A stretch of 64,000 nt of DNA from IMG/VR virus record IMGVR_UViG_3300042691_055981; one strand, given 5' to 3'. This document shows positions 39,800-49,684 of this stretch, piece after piece. The notes beneath the pieces were generated by a model. The model was not told the origin of the DNA, did no database searches, and worked only from the letters and a program-made list of their open reading frames with translations. Numbering within the stretch: position 1 is the stretch's first letter; each line of letters begins with the position of its first letter. The translations under genes were made by a program, and so were the position numbers. This DNA is from an uncultured virus (IMG/VR IMGVR_UViG_3300042691_055981). Taxonomy: Duplodnaviria > Heunggongvirae > Uroviricota > Caudoviricetes.

Positions 39800-40855
39800 A
39801 TGTATCCAGAAACAGTAAAGCACAAACATCTCGCAGCAGAAGAAAGAGAAATTAAATATCAAATCAAATTTTTGTGCGAAGGCGACGATGACATTCTTGA
39901 CATAGCAAAAACATCCCACCTTCCGTATAAAATGTACGATGAAATACAACCTTATCCTAGGTTTCATCGGGGTGAAAGCTACCTGTTGCCGTTTACGGAT
40001 TACAAGATATTTAAATACAACAACTGTTCACTTATAACAGCTTATCCTAGAGCAAATGGGTGGGGCCAATATAACTTTCCCAGCTATAATTACGATGAAG
40101 CGTACACAGATGAATACTATTCCATACACTGCTTTTGCAACAACTTGTGGCAGCATTTTGTAATTGATGCCCTACCTATGCTTTGGTTTGGAAGAGATAT
40201 TCTTATCGAGAACCCGCAAATCAAAGTGATGATGATTTACAAGAACAAATCTGTGATTGATTATATTTGGAAAAAATTTGAACTCAAAAATGAGATTGTT
40301 TTTGTGCCTGATGAATTAGATGCACCTAAGCATTATCCCGCAAAAAATACATACATACTAGACACTAATTTTGATGTGCCTTGTCACTGGTGGAATCAAT
40401 TTGTTTATAAAGGCATAAATGATCTTTTCATTAAAGATGAGGAAACAAACGGGGAAAATATTATCTACTGCAAAAGAAACCACACACGATCTGTATCAAA
40501 TGAAATTGAATTAATATTCACCCTAAAGAATGTGGCGGATATCTTAGGTAAAAATTTTATAATTTTTGAATCTGAAAACAGATCGTTTGAAGATAATGTC
40601 AAGCTCTTCAATAACGCATACGCGGTGGTTGCACCACACGGAGGTGCAAATTACAATGTGATTTTCTCTCCACCTGGTACTAAATTTTTTGAGTTTACTT
40701 TCATAGATCAGATGAATTCTCTATTTCTAATTTCCGCAGGTATAGGGCTTGATTATTACATGATACCAATAAGAGGCACCACTGCATCCACAGGAAAATT
40801 TCATGTTGAAGAAAAATACATCCTGGAAATCGCAAACAAGCTTTTAGCTGTATAA
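39800..40855 (+). CDS. GT61-like glycosyltransferase
   Basis: W.HF..D.LP, R...RSVSNE, VVAPHGGA.YN..F...GT.F.E. Confidence 0.8.
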   Translation: MYPETVKHKHLAAEEREIKYQIKFLCEGDDDILDIAKTSHLPYKMYDEIQPYPRFHRGESYLLPFTDYKIFKYNNCSLITAYPRANGWGQYNFPSYNYDEAYTDEYYSIHCFCNNLWQHFVIDALPMLWFGRDILIENPQIKVMMIYKNKSVIDYIWKKFELKNEIVFVPDELDAPKHYPAKNTYILDTNFDVPCHWWNQFVYKGINDLFIKDEETNGENIIYCKRNHTRSVSNEIELIFTLKNVADILGKNFIIFESENRSFEDNVKLFNNAYAVVAPHGGANYNVIFSPPGTKFFEFTFIDQMNSLFLISAGIGLDYYMIPIRGTTASTGKFHVEEKYILEIANKLLAV

Positions 40856-40863
40856 AAAATAAT

Positions 40864-41799
40864 ATGAAAAAGACTATGTTGATAACTGGTGCTGCGGGAT
40901 TTCTTGGCACACATTTGTGTAAAAAATACAAAGATGATTACAATGTAGTAGGCGTTTCGAGAAATCTTGATAATCTACAAAAGCTATCTCGTGAAGTCAA
41001 GGGCGTGGAATTCTATCCATGCGATGTGTCAAACCTGAATGAGCTTGAAAAAGCATTCAATCATTTTAAGCCTCAGATTGTAATTCACGCGGCGGCGAAT
41101 AAATATATCGATTTGTCTGAGAAGTTTCCATCAGAATGTGTGAATTCAAATATCATTGGTGCAAAAAATATTCTTGATTTAAGCGAAAAATACGGAACTG
41201 AAATTCTAATTGGAGTGTCTACCGATAAAGCTTCTCCGCCTACGAAGAGTATGTATGGATTGTCTAAAGCTATACTGGAAAAACTCTTCACGTTGTCATC
41301 TAGTGAAAATCTTAAAGTGGCTTGCGTTAGATTCGGGAACATCCTTTGGTCAACAGGATCTGTATTGCCCATTTGGTATAAAACACATCAAAACAAAGAA
41401 AAACTTAAATTTACAGGCAATGATATGACGAGATACTTCTTTAGCGTTGATGAAGCTGTAAGCGTCATAGATTATGCTTTAATGAATATCGAAGTTACCC
41501 AAGGGAAAATCCTAAGCTACAAAATGAAAGCAGGGAAGATAAAAGACCTACTGGATGCATTCTGCGAAGTATATGGTGCAGAATATGTTAGCGAGCCATC
41601 AAGACCGGGTGAAAGAGTGTATGAATCTTTGATATCAAAAACAGAAATTGAATTCTCAGAACTTCTTGACGATAAATATATTCTGTATCATATTAATTCA
41701 CATCATAAAATAGAAAATCACCTTGATGAAATTTTTTGTTCAGAAACTAATGAATTATACACGAATGATGAATTGAAAAAATTCGTTAAAATTGTATAA
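40864..41799 (+). CDS. UDP-GlcNAc 4,6-dehydratase (PseB/CapD-like)
   Basis: TGAAGFLG, HAAA.K, STDKA, YG.SK, VRFGN...S.GSV.P, RPGE..YE. Confidence 0.85.
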   Translation: MKKTMLITGAAGFLGTHLCKKYKDDYNVVGVSRNLDNLQKLSREVKGVEFYPCDVSNLNELEKAFNHFKPQIVIHAAANKYIDLSEKFPSECVNSNIIGAKNILDLSEKYGTEILIGVSTDKASPPTKSMYGLSKAILEKLFTLSSSENLKVACVRFGNILWSTGSVLPIWYKTHQNKEKLKFTGNDMTRYFFSVDEAVSVIDYALMNIEVTQGKILSYKMKAGKIKDLLDAFCEVYGAEYVSEPSRPGERVYESLISKTEIEFSELLDDKYILYHINSHHKIENHLDEIFCSETNELYTNDELKKFVKIV

Positions 41800-41806
41800 T
41801 TAAATC

Positions 41807-43060
41807 ATGTCAAGTGATGTTATTTCAAAAAAAATTGGCTTCATAGGTTTGGGTAAACTCGGGCTGCCATGTGCCTTAGCAATCGAGAAAAAAGGCCATA
41901 CCGTTGTTGGCTTCGATGTAAACCCCGAAGTGCCAAAGATCCTCGAAAGTAGAATTCTGCCCTATAAAGAAGTGGACGGTCAGGAATATCTAGAGTCACA
42001 TAATATAAAATTCCTACCGGTTGATGAAGTGGTAAAAGAAAGCGAGATTATTTTTGTAGCAGTACAAACACCCCATGATCCGCAGTATGAAGGAATTACA
42101 AGAATTCCGTGGGAACGATGTGATTTCAATTATGAATACCTAAAGAAAAGCATTTCGGACATCTCAGATGTTCTTGATAATATTAAAGAGGAGCGAATTG
42201 TAGTCATAATTTCCACAGTCTTGCCTACAACGGTTAAAGAGCAAATTATGCCGCTTGTATCACAATATATGAAATTGTGCTACAATCCATTCTTTATTGC
42301 TATGGGCACCACAATTTATGACTTCTTGAATCCAGAGTTCGTGCTTCTAGGCAATGACAATCCGGAGGCGGCGAATGAAGTGGAGAAATTCTACAGAACT
42401 TTGCATAATTCACCGGTTTACAAAACAAGTATCACCAATGCAGAATTGATCAAAGTTTCTTATAACACATTCATTTCAATGAAGATTGTGTTTGCAAATA
42501 CATTGATGGAAATTTGCCATAAGATGGGTGGCGATGTCGATCAAGTTACTGGTGCTTTGGCATTAGCGAACCAAAGAATCATTAGTGATAAATATCTCAC
42601 AGGCGGAATGGGGGATGGAGGAGGATGCCATCCACGCGATAATATCGCTATGTCCTTCCTTGCTGAGAAGTTGGATTTGAGCTTTGACTTCTTCGATCAA
42701 ATTATGATAGCCAGGGAAGAACAAACTGAATGGCTTAGTGAGCTTGTCAAAGAAAATAGCAAGGAATTGCCGATTGTTATCATGGGTAAGGCCTTCAAGC
42801 CAGAAACCAATCTGGTTTCTGGAAGCCCGAGCATCCTACTGAAGAACATACTAGATGAAACTGAAGATGGTGTTGAAATATATGATCCACATATTGATGA
42901 AACCAGAGAATTCAAATCTCCTGCTGTGTTCTTCATCGGCACAAAGCATGAGGCGTTTGCAAACATCCAATATCCTGTCGGATCGGTTGTCATTGACCCT
43001 TGGCGGTACATTCCCAATGCAGACGGTGTAAAGGTTATTCATGTAGGAAGGCCAAACTAA
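41807..43060 (+). CDS. ugd: UDP-glucose 6-dehydrogenase family
   Basis: GLGKLG, AVQTP, YNPFFIAMG, AELIK..YN, GGGCHPRD. Confidence 0.9.
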   Translation: MSSDVISKKIGFIGLGKLGLPCALAIEKKGHTVVGFDVNPEVPKILESRILPYKEVDGQEYLESHNIKFLPVDEVVKESEIIFVAVQTPHDPQYEGITRIPWERCDFNYEYLKKSISDISDVLDNIKEERIVVIISTVLPTTVKEQIMPLVSQYMKLCYNPFFIAMGTTIYDFLNPEFVLLGNDNPEAANEVEKFYRTLHNSPVYKTSITNAELIKVSYNTFISMKIVFANTLMEICHKMGGDVDQVTGALALANQRIISDKYLTGGMGDGGGCHPRDNIAMSFLAEKLDLSFDFFDQIMIAREEQTEWLSELVKENSKELPIVIMGKAFKPETNLVSGSPSILLKNILDETEDGVEIYDPHIDETREFKSPAVFFIGTKHEAFANIQYPVGSVVIDPWRYIPNADGVKVIHVGRPN

Positions 43061-43061
43061 C

Positions 43062-44033
43062 ATGAAGGCCTTGATTACGGGGATCTCGGGGATGGATGGA
43101 TCTTATCTCTCCGAGTATCTCCTTGATCTGGGCTACGAAGTTCATGGAATTGTCAGAAGGCACTCTGTGGCGGAAAATCAAAGCTACAGATTGAACCATA
43201 TTGCCGACAGATTAAATTTACATTACGGCGATCTTACTGATAGTGCAAATATTTTCCATCTAGTAAATAAGATACAGCCAGACGAGATATACAATCTGGC
43301 GGCTCAATCACATGTTAGAATTAGCTTTGATCTCCCTGGGTATACAAACCAAGTGAACTATCAAGGGTTTTTAAACATCTTAGAAGCCGCAAGAGCTGTT
43401 AATAAAAACATCAAAATATACCAAGCGTCATCAAGCGAGATGTTTGGTAATAACATTGACGAAGATGGCTTTCAAAGAATTACCACACCTATGCAGCCCG
43501 TGAGCCCTTATGGCTGCAGTAAGCTCGCGGCACATAATATTGCTGTAAATTATAGACATTCATACAATATGTTTATTGTTTCTGGGATTTTATTCAACCA
43601 TGAAAGCCCAAGAAGGGGAACAAATTTTGTTACAGCCAAGGTTGTAGATGGAGCTTTAAAAATCAAAAATGGTCTTCAAGATCATCTTAGCTTAGGTAAT
43701 CTTGAAGCGGCAAGGGACTGGGGGCACTCTAAAGACTATGTGCGAGCTATGCACTTAATGATGCAAAATAATAAGCCGAAAGATTATGTCGTTGCCACAG
43801 GGGAAAGCAGAACGGTTGGAGATCTGACAGAATATGTTTTCAGTAAGCTTGGTATGAATTATCAAGCTTACATTACACAAGATGAAAGATTCTTAAGACC
43901 GGAGGAGCTTGATGTTTTAAAGGGAGATTCCAAAAGCATACGAAGAGAGCTAGGGTGGCAACCAGAGTATAGTTTCGAGCAGATGATTGACGAAATGATC
44001 CTGGCAAGAGAGGGCTGTTATCAGAAGAAATAG
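43062..44033 (+). CDS. gmd: GDP-mannose 4,6-dehydratase
   Basis: ALITGISGMDGSYL, YNLAAQSHV, QASSSEMFG, FNHESPRRG.NFV, RDWGH. Confidence 0.97.
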   Translation: MKALITGISGMDGSYLSEYLLDLGYEVHGIVRRHSVAENQSYRLNHIADRLNLHYGDLTDSANIFHLVNKIQPDEIYNLAAQSHVRISFDLPGYTNQVNYQGFLNILEAARAVNKNIKIYQASSSEMFGNNIDEDGFQRITTPMQPVSPYGCSKLAAHNIAVNYRHSYNMFIVSGILFNHESPRRGTNFVTAKVVDGALKIKNGLQDHLSLGNLEAARDWGHSKDYVRAMHLMMQNNKPKDYVVATGESRTVGDLTEYVFSKLGMNYQAYITQDERFLRPEELDVLKGDSKSIRRELGWQPEYSFEQMIDEMILAREGCYQKK

Positions 44034-44044
44034 AAAAAATAACA

Positions 44045-44692
44045 GTGAGTATAGAATTATTAAAATTTGCTAATAAGCTTGACGAAGAAAAGAAATACGG
44101 CAAAGCGGATTCTGTAACTCAGTATTTAGTCAATCTATCTAAATCAAAAAATTTAAAATCGTCACCAAAACTAAAAAATGATGCAGTGACTAAATTGCTG
44201 ATGCTTGAAAAAGCTGGCGTAGACACATCAGAATTCTTTGAAAAATTAAATCATTCTGGTTTAAGCAAGGATGATATAGAGTCAATAAACCAAAAAACAA
44301 AAGTAAATTGCCCGGAAAAAGATGTAAACGAAACAAGCACAGATCTACATGAATATGTTCTCTGGATGAACAAGGAAAAAGATTTACCAGAAGATAAAAG
44401 CAAGGATGAAAGCGAGAAATACCTGGATGGATTAAGAGAAGATTTTCTTGATTTCTTAACAGATATTGTTGCGAAAGATTTTAAGAAAGAAAATTCAGAT
44501 CAATCATTAACTTCAGATAGCCTTATTAAATTCTATTTTGATAATAGAGAAAAATATGAAAAAGAATTAGATAATTATGATTTGATGCTTGGGCAAACTG
44601 AGGGCATTATGTCAGATGAAGAGTTTACTGATGATTTAGAAGGCGAGCTCTCAAGTAGCGAGCCTGGGCCTATCGTCCGCCACGCCGAATAA
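44045..44692 (+). CDS. Acidic hypothetical protein with 'LLKFANKLD.....KAD' N-terminus
   Basis: AGG at -34; N-terminal motif shared with 6170-6844. Confidence 0.6.
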   Translation: MSIELLKFANKLDEEKKYGKADSVTQYLVNLSKSKNLKSSPKLKNDAVTKLLMLEKAGVDTSEFFEKLNHSGLSKDDIESINQKTKVNCPEKDVNETSTDLHEYVLWMNKEKDLPEDKSKDESEKYLDGLREDFLDFLTDIVAKDFKKENSDQSLTSDSLIKFYFDNREKYEKELDNYDLMLGQTEGIMSDEEFTDDLEGELSSSEPGPIVRHAE

Positions 44693-46223
44693 ATCTATAA
44701 AAATTAAATGCTGCCTTGGCGGGAGCAAAAGAAAGATTCTGCTCTAAATCATTTAAATGCTTTTTAAAAGCCTTATAAATACCCTCAATATCTGATCCAA
44801 GACTTTTAGTAATCTTCTCTCTTTCTGGTTTGTATTTAGCGATCTTTTGTGCCAAAAATCTTAATGTTCTAACAGACAAGCTACCGCATCTAGCGGCACA
44901 ATCTGTATGGACTAACTGCCATTGAAAATCATCCAAGCTTTCAGTGATATCAAAAAGCGTAGATGATGAAGATCTATTTAAAGGAGAGGGTTCGGTTGTT
45001 TTTTTTCCGCAAATACCACAATGGCACTCATTCTTTGTTGCAAAAATAGTTTTTTTGTCTTTAAAATCACTAGCTTTTTTATCTCGGATTAATTCATTAA
45101 AGCTATTTCTTCTTGACGTATAATTTTTATTTTGTGTAACTTCAGCGTATTTTGGATTTTTCAAAACTCTTTCCAACGAAACTACTTTCTCTAGAATTTT
45201 TCCAGGAGGAGTGCCTCTGGTCAAATAAATTTTAGACATAACATTTTCTGGCAAGTTCGCGTCAAAGTTTTCGATGAGAGATGAAAGATATTCATGATAT
45301 ATTTCATAACTTTTGGCTTTTCCCGTTTCAATTACATCATCTGGCTTTTTATCTTTGTAGTTTTGATTTGAAGAGGCAAATTTCTTATATATCTCTTTAT
45401 TTTTATTAATGATATCTGGAGTGTTTACAGATTGTATTTGCTCCATAAAATTAATAAAATCGTAATGAGTTAAGTCCATTTTAGATAAATTACATTCCGA
45501 ATCAGCATACATCCAGTTTTGCAAGGAGTTAACCGCATTTGATTTTATCACTGATTTTATATAAGACGCGTCATTTAAAGTTTTTTCATAATCAAAAATA
45601 TCTTGCGATGGTGTTTGTAAAAATTTTATTAATAATTCTTCTCCATGGACTATCTCATCTATCCAATTTGCTTTATCAATCAAATGCTCAAGATGAATAT
45701 TGGATTGATTGAATTTTCCGGAGTAAAGATCTCTGCCGCAATAATAACATTTATCTGATTGTTTCTCAAAATGAATCTGCTCTTCATTTAAGCTTGAAGA
45801 TGGCTTGATTTTTAAATCAATTTCAGGCAATTTGCTGTAATTTTTTCCAAGATTGCCAGAGGTCAGCTTTTTTAAATTATTCCTGAATTGATAAATTCTT
45901 TCATTCTTGGCGTCACTTAACATGTAGTCAGGATCAGTCATGTTTTTGTATGTTCGGTTTCCAGCTTTGTATTTGCCTTCTATATTCTTTTGCTTATCAA
46001 TGGGTGATTGTTTTCTTTTGAGCTCTTCTATCGTATATTCAATTTTATCCTGAATGTTGTCCGCCCAAGCATTAAGAGATAAATTATAGATATTTTTTTC
46101 TAAGGGTTGCGTATCAACTTCAGCACCTAAGTTATGTTTATTTCGCCTATCATTGACATTCATTTTCACTTGTTGCTCCAACAAAGATGCGGAATTGCTG
46201 TACTTTTTGAAGTTGAATGGCAT
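44670..46223 (-). CDS. HNH endonuclease-domain protein
   Basis: CYYCGR...HLEHL...N.....CNLSK; second Cys cluster CGICG...HTDCAARC; AGG at -34. Confidence 0.65.
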   Translation of the reverse strand: MPFNFKKYSNSASLLEQQVKMNVNDRRNKHNLGAEVDTQPLEKNIYNLSLNAWADNIQDKIEYTIEELKRKQSPIDKQKNIEGKYKAGNRTYKNMTDPDYMLSDAKNERIYQFRNNLKKLTSGNLGKNYSKLPEIDLKIKPSSSLNEEQIHFEKQSDKCYYCGRDLYSGKFNQSNIHLEHLIDKANWIDEIVHGEELLIKFLQTPSQDIFDYEKTLNDASYIKSVIKSNAVNSLQNWMYADSECNLSKMDLTHYDFINFMEQIQSVNTPDIINKNKEIYKKFASSNQNYKDKKPDDVIETGKAKSYEIYHEYLSSLIENFDANLPENVMSKIYLTRGTPPGKILEKVVSLERVLKNPKYAEVTQNKNYTSRRNSFNELIRDKKASDFKDKKTIFATKNECHCGICGKKTTEPSPLNRSSSSTLFDITESLDDFQWQLVHTDCAARCGSLSVRTLRFLAQKIAKYKPEREKITKSLGSDIEGIYKAFKKHLNDLEQNLSFAPAKAAFNFYRFIRRGGR

Positions 46224-46278
46224 ATATATTTTTTTCTTAATTGAATAATTCGAACCTGTTTAATCCGTATAATAAAGC

Positions 46279-46707
46279 ATGGATGAAACAACGCTGAAAA
46301 TTTACACAAAGCTTCTCCCCTGTTGGAAAAAATTGCAAAAGGCAGATCTTGAGTTTGAATTGGAATATTTTGGATTCGAGGAAGAAGGAAATCTTGAAAA
46401 ACTTTCTACATTTTTGATCACGCGATTTGAAGATAGCTACTGGGAATCCATTCCTATGCAATGGTTTGAGCAATGGCTACCTTACGCTGATCAAGATCTC
46501 AAAAATTGGCATGAGGGTTGGGTTGATTTCGAAGACAAGTACGCAAAAATCTCTGCCGGACTCCTCCCCGAAGATACTGAATTAGACTACGGATCATATC
46601 AAGGTGCAGAGCTAAGTATCAAGCAAGGATTGGTTCAGTTCTGCCAGCCTCTCAAAGATGAGATCATCAGGATGTGCCAAGACCAAACCCTCTACGACCC
46701 AATCTGA
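46279..46707 (+). CDS. Hypothetical protein
   Basis: cgTATAAT-N5-ATG. Confidence 0.6.
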   Translation: MDETTLKIYTKLLPCWKKLQKADLEFELEYFGFEEEGNLEKLSTFLITRFEDSYWESIPMQWFEQWLPYADQDLKNWHEGWVDFEDKYAKISAGLLPEDTELDYGSYQGAELSIKQGLVQFCQPLKDEIIRMCQDQTLYDPI

Positions 46708-46711
46708 GTAT

Positions 46712-47572
46712 TCAATCTTTTTTTTCAAACAAGCTTTTATGCGGACATTGTGTCAATTCTGATTTCTTTAATTTCTTGAATGTAAATGGATCTTTCTCTC
46801 CAGTCATGATCCATTTTTTGTAATTGTATTCAGAATACCTTTCATACATCTGAACACAATCTTGATCATCAGCATTCATTAGTTTCTCTTCAGTGACCCA
46901 TTGCGTGTCAAAACTAGATCTGTGAATAGGGATAAGCTGAGCGATTGGCCATTCTTGATCCTTTCTAAGGCTAAGCATTTTATCAAATGCATGGAATTTA
47001 AAATTAGTCCATATATCATATCTCATCCAGTCCATCTCTAGCATGCCTTCTTGCACCGTTACTGGACAACCCTGGTCATAGATTAAACCAATATTAGAGG
47101 GGCTTTTTACCAATAGGCACCAATCTTTAGGCATCTGAAATACACAACCAGTCCATAAGCTAATACAATTCTTCTCTGGTTCATCAATACTATAATGCTG
47201 TCTGCCATTATAAATTTGCCCGTATTTATTAGGATTCTTTGACTCAAACTCTGACATTTGAATTAAATCAGAATTGTCATAGCTTTTGATATTATAAGTG
47301 AAATTACCACCCCATCTGCCAGTGAAGCAATTGTCTGTTTTTTGTGCATGGCAAGTAATATCTAAATCAAAACCGGGGTAAACCCACCAACCCAAGGAAT
47401 TAGCTATCCCATATGGCCCGCACCAAACCAATGCATCTTTATTTGCGTGACCTTTGAGAGTTCGCTCGGCCTTCTCAATTCTCGCTCCATTGGGATGAAT
47501 TCTATAAACTTTCAAAAGAGGATCGCTATAATGGTGAGCACTCGTCTCAAAAACTGTTTTCTTGTCATCCAT
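46712..47572 (-). CDS. DUF6065-like protein
   Basis: WCGPYGIANSLGW, E.DW, PIAQLIP; start from the bidirectional -10 site (MDDKK). Confidence 0.6.
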   Translation of the reverse strand: MDDKKTVFETSAHHYSDPLLKVYRIHPNGARIEKAERTLKGHANKDALVWCGPYGIANSLGWWVYPGFDLDITCHAQKTDNCFTGRWGGNFTYNIKSYDNSDLIQMSEFESKNPNKYGQIYNGRQHYSIDEPEKNCISLWTGCVFQMPKDWCLLVKSPSNIGLIYDQGCPVTVQEGMLEMDWMRYDIWTNFKFHAFDKMLSLRKDQEWPIAQLIPIHRSSFDTQWVTEEKLMNADDQDCVQMYERYSEYNYKKWIMTGEKDPFTFKKLKKSELTQCPHKSLFEKKD

Positions 47573-47578
47573 AATGAA

Positions 47579-47588
47579 ATTGTACAAT
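47579..47588. promoter_or_regulatory. Bidirectional -10 palindrome ATTGTACAAT
   Basis: ATG 47572 (minus, +6) and ATG 47596 (plus, +7). Confidence 0.75.
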
Positions 47589-47595
47589 TGTATAT

Positions 47596-48471
47596 ATGGA
47601 AAATAGAGAAACAGAAATCCTACAGCAAATAATTGAGAAATTTGTACACAAAAACATAGACACAGTTGTGCAGGCACAAAAATTTGCACAAAAAATATTA
47701 GACTGTGGGTTCCTGGAGCCAAATAAAACTTTGCCTTTTCAAATTTTACCAACAAACCTGTCAGATTCTGAAGGAGATGTTATTTGTAAAATTTATATCA
47801 ATTTAGAAAACCCAATCTATGGCTTCTTTACAATTGAACTGGAAAAAGATAAATGCTTAATCTCGTGTCCTAAAACTTACCACACAGAATATTTCGAAAC
47901 ATCTTTTTCAGACTGTGATGCGTGGATTAACTCCTTGGATGAAGAAATGGATATTTTCTACCAACTCTCCAGTGCAGGCGAACAAAAACAAACTCAATTC
48001 TGTAATATGAAATTAAACGAAATGCTCGCTGCTTATAAAAGCTTTGTTAACCCTCAGATTGAGTTAATTAAAAATGAAATTGCAATGGAGCCGCGAGTTG
48101 CGATTGTGTCTGAAAAGATGTATGCACTTGCGAGCGAAGCACAGAGAGATCTGGCTCGGGCATTATTAATTCCGCCAATTTGGGTGGTTTTCGAATCTTT
48201 AGATAATTTACCGAGCCAGGGAGAAGACGTTGATGATTATGTGAATATTGTTGAGACAAACGATCTAATTAGTGTACTTGACGATTTTGTTAGGCAAGAA
48301 AATTATTACTCAGCCCCACTCTATCTTGCTCAAAGAGTGATTTTACAATCTGGAATGAAATTGAGAGGCTTCGCAAGCACTGAAAATGGATGGGCTGAAG
48401 CCACATCTACTGAAGATTTTGGGGAGTTTGTGCTTCCGCCGATTGACATCACTGAATTTGAAGTGAATTAA
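47596..48471 (+). CDS. Hypothetical protein
   Basis: 291 aa ORF. Confidence 0.65.
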   Translation: MENRETEILQQIIEKFVHKNIDTVVQAQKFAQKILDCGFLEPNKTLPFQILPTNLSDSEGDVICKIYINLENPIYGFFTIELEKDKCLISCPKTYHTEYFETSFSDCDAWINSLDEEMDIFYQLSSAGEQKQTQFCNMKLNEMLAAYKSFVNPQIELIKNEIAMEPRVAIVSEKMYALASEAQRDLARALLIPPIWVVFESLDNLPSQGEDVDDYVNIVETNDLISVLDDFVRQENYYSAPLYLAQRVILQSGMKLRGFASTENGWAEATSTEDFGEFVLPPIDITEFEVN

Positions 48472-48492
48472 TTATTTAACTAAATTAAAAAC

Positions 48493-48521
48493 AAAAAAAG
48501 GAGGCTTTCGCCTCCTTTTTT
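48493..48521. terminator. Bidirectional Rho-independent terminator
   Basis: A7-GGAGGC-TTTC-GCCTCC-T6 between convergent genes. Confidence 0.85.
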
Positions 48522-48540
48522 ATTACTAGCAAGCCTCTGT

Positions 48541-49629
48541 TTAGAAGCCCCGATTATATGAGCTAGGGTACTTGGATTGTGGTGGAAGGTTGTTGAGAGT
48601 AGAGAATCCAATGTTGTATTGAGTATTCGCAGCTCCGATAGGTACAACCACATCGGTCTGGTACGAAGACACAAACGGAGTGTAGTTCTCTCGCATCTTG
48701 AAGATCTGGAATGCCAGTCTCCGTGCCCTGTTTCGCAGATACATGAACTTTTGTTCAGAAGCCTGAGCCAAGAAGTCATATTCACCAGTATTAAGAACTG
48801 ATGCTGGGTTGAACGAAGGGAAGATGAGCGAGGTATTACCCGCACCTTGTGATCCAAGAACAGTAGCATTGATACCAGAGGTGCCAATAGGGCTGTAGTA
48901 TGTCTGAACGAGGTTAATTGGGTTACCGAAGAACGCTGCAGTTGAAAGGGCGGCGGAGGCAACACTGGTGCCATAAGCAACAGTGAAGGTCGGTCCCACT
49001 TCAAAAGCATCAGACTGCAAGCTCAAAACGCTGCCTCTGAGATTAACTCCACCGTTAACAACAAATGCTTTCGGTTTGACGAATTGATATGGGAAGAAGA
49101 GATCTGATGATCGTTGCAGGAAGTACCAATTCAACCCTCCGGTTCCGGTTCTTCCAAAGCCAACTGTATACACTCCATTGAGCGAAGAAGTTTGAAGACC
49201 AAAGTAGGCCACTCGCATACCTGTTGAAATTGCAACGCCGTCGATTACAATACCTTCTGCGATAGTTGTGGTCACTCCACCTGGCACGTTTGCGTTACCC
49301 TGTCCGCCAATGTAGGACACGGCTGCACCTACTGGGCCGAGAAGACGGTTTGTCGCAACTCCTACGGAGCTGAGAATAACCGGGGTTCCCATGTCTGGAA
49401 GAACTGGCGAGATGAGATTAAGTTCGTTGACGAGTTGCTGGCAAGCAGCTACTGCATCAATAATAGTTCCTTGGTAGGGGGTGGGGCAGTTCAGATCCTC
49501 TAAAAACTGACCACCGAATCTGGCAGATCTTCCCCAGGCAACGCGATCTCTGACTCCAAGTCTACGAGTTACGATATTATTGATATTAGTCCCAAGACCT
49601 GGGCCGTAATAGTTTGATGGATATGGCAT
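48541..49629 (-). CDS. Putative virion structural protein
   Basis: IDGVAI..GMRV..., NGVY.V...R..D resembles tail/head-fibre domains; G/T/V/N-rich; AGGAG RBS. Confidence 0.55.
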   Translation of the reverse strand: MPYPSNYYGPGLGTNINNIVTRRLGVRDRVAWGRSARFGGQFLEDLNCPTPYQGTIIDAVAACQQLVNELNLISPVLPDMGTPVILSSVGVATNRLLGPVGAAVSYIGGQGNANVPGGVTTTIAEGIVIDGVAISTGMRVAYFGLQTSSLNGVYTVGFGRTGTGGLNWYFLQRSSDLFFPYQFVKPKAFVVNGGVNLRGSVLSLQSDAFEVGPTFTVAYGTSVASAALSTAAFFGNPINLVQTYYSPIGTSGINATVLGSQGAGNTSLIFPSFNPASVLNTGEYDFLAQASEQKFMYLRNRARRLAFQIFKMRENYTPFVSSYQTDVVVPIGAANTQYNIGFSTLNNLPPQSKYPSSYNRGF

Positions 49630-49684
49630 TGTTTATTTCTCCTTTTAAAGGTCACCTTTTCGACCTCAATTTAATGATTAAAGA

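Noticed and set aside
20900..44033. Bacterial O-antigen or capsule locus
   Set aside because: No flippase, polymerase or transporter; mixed orientation; flanked by phage-type genes sharing the same octamer and promoter signatures.
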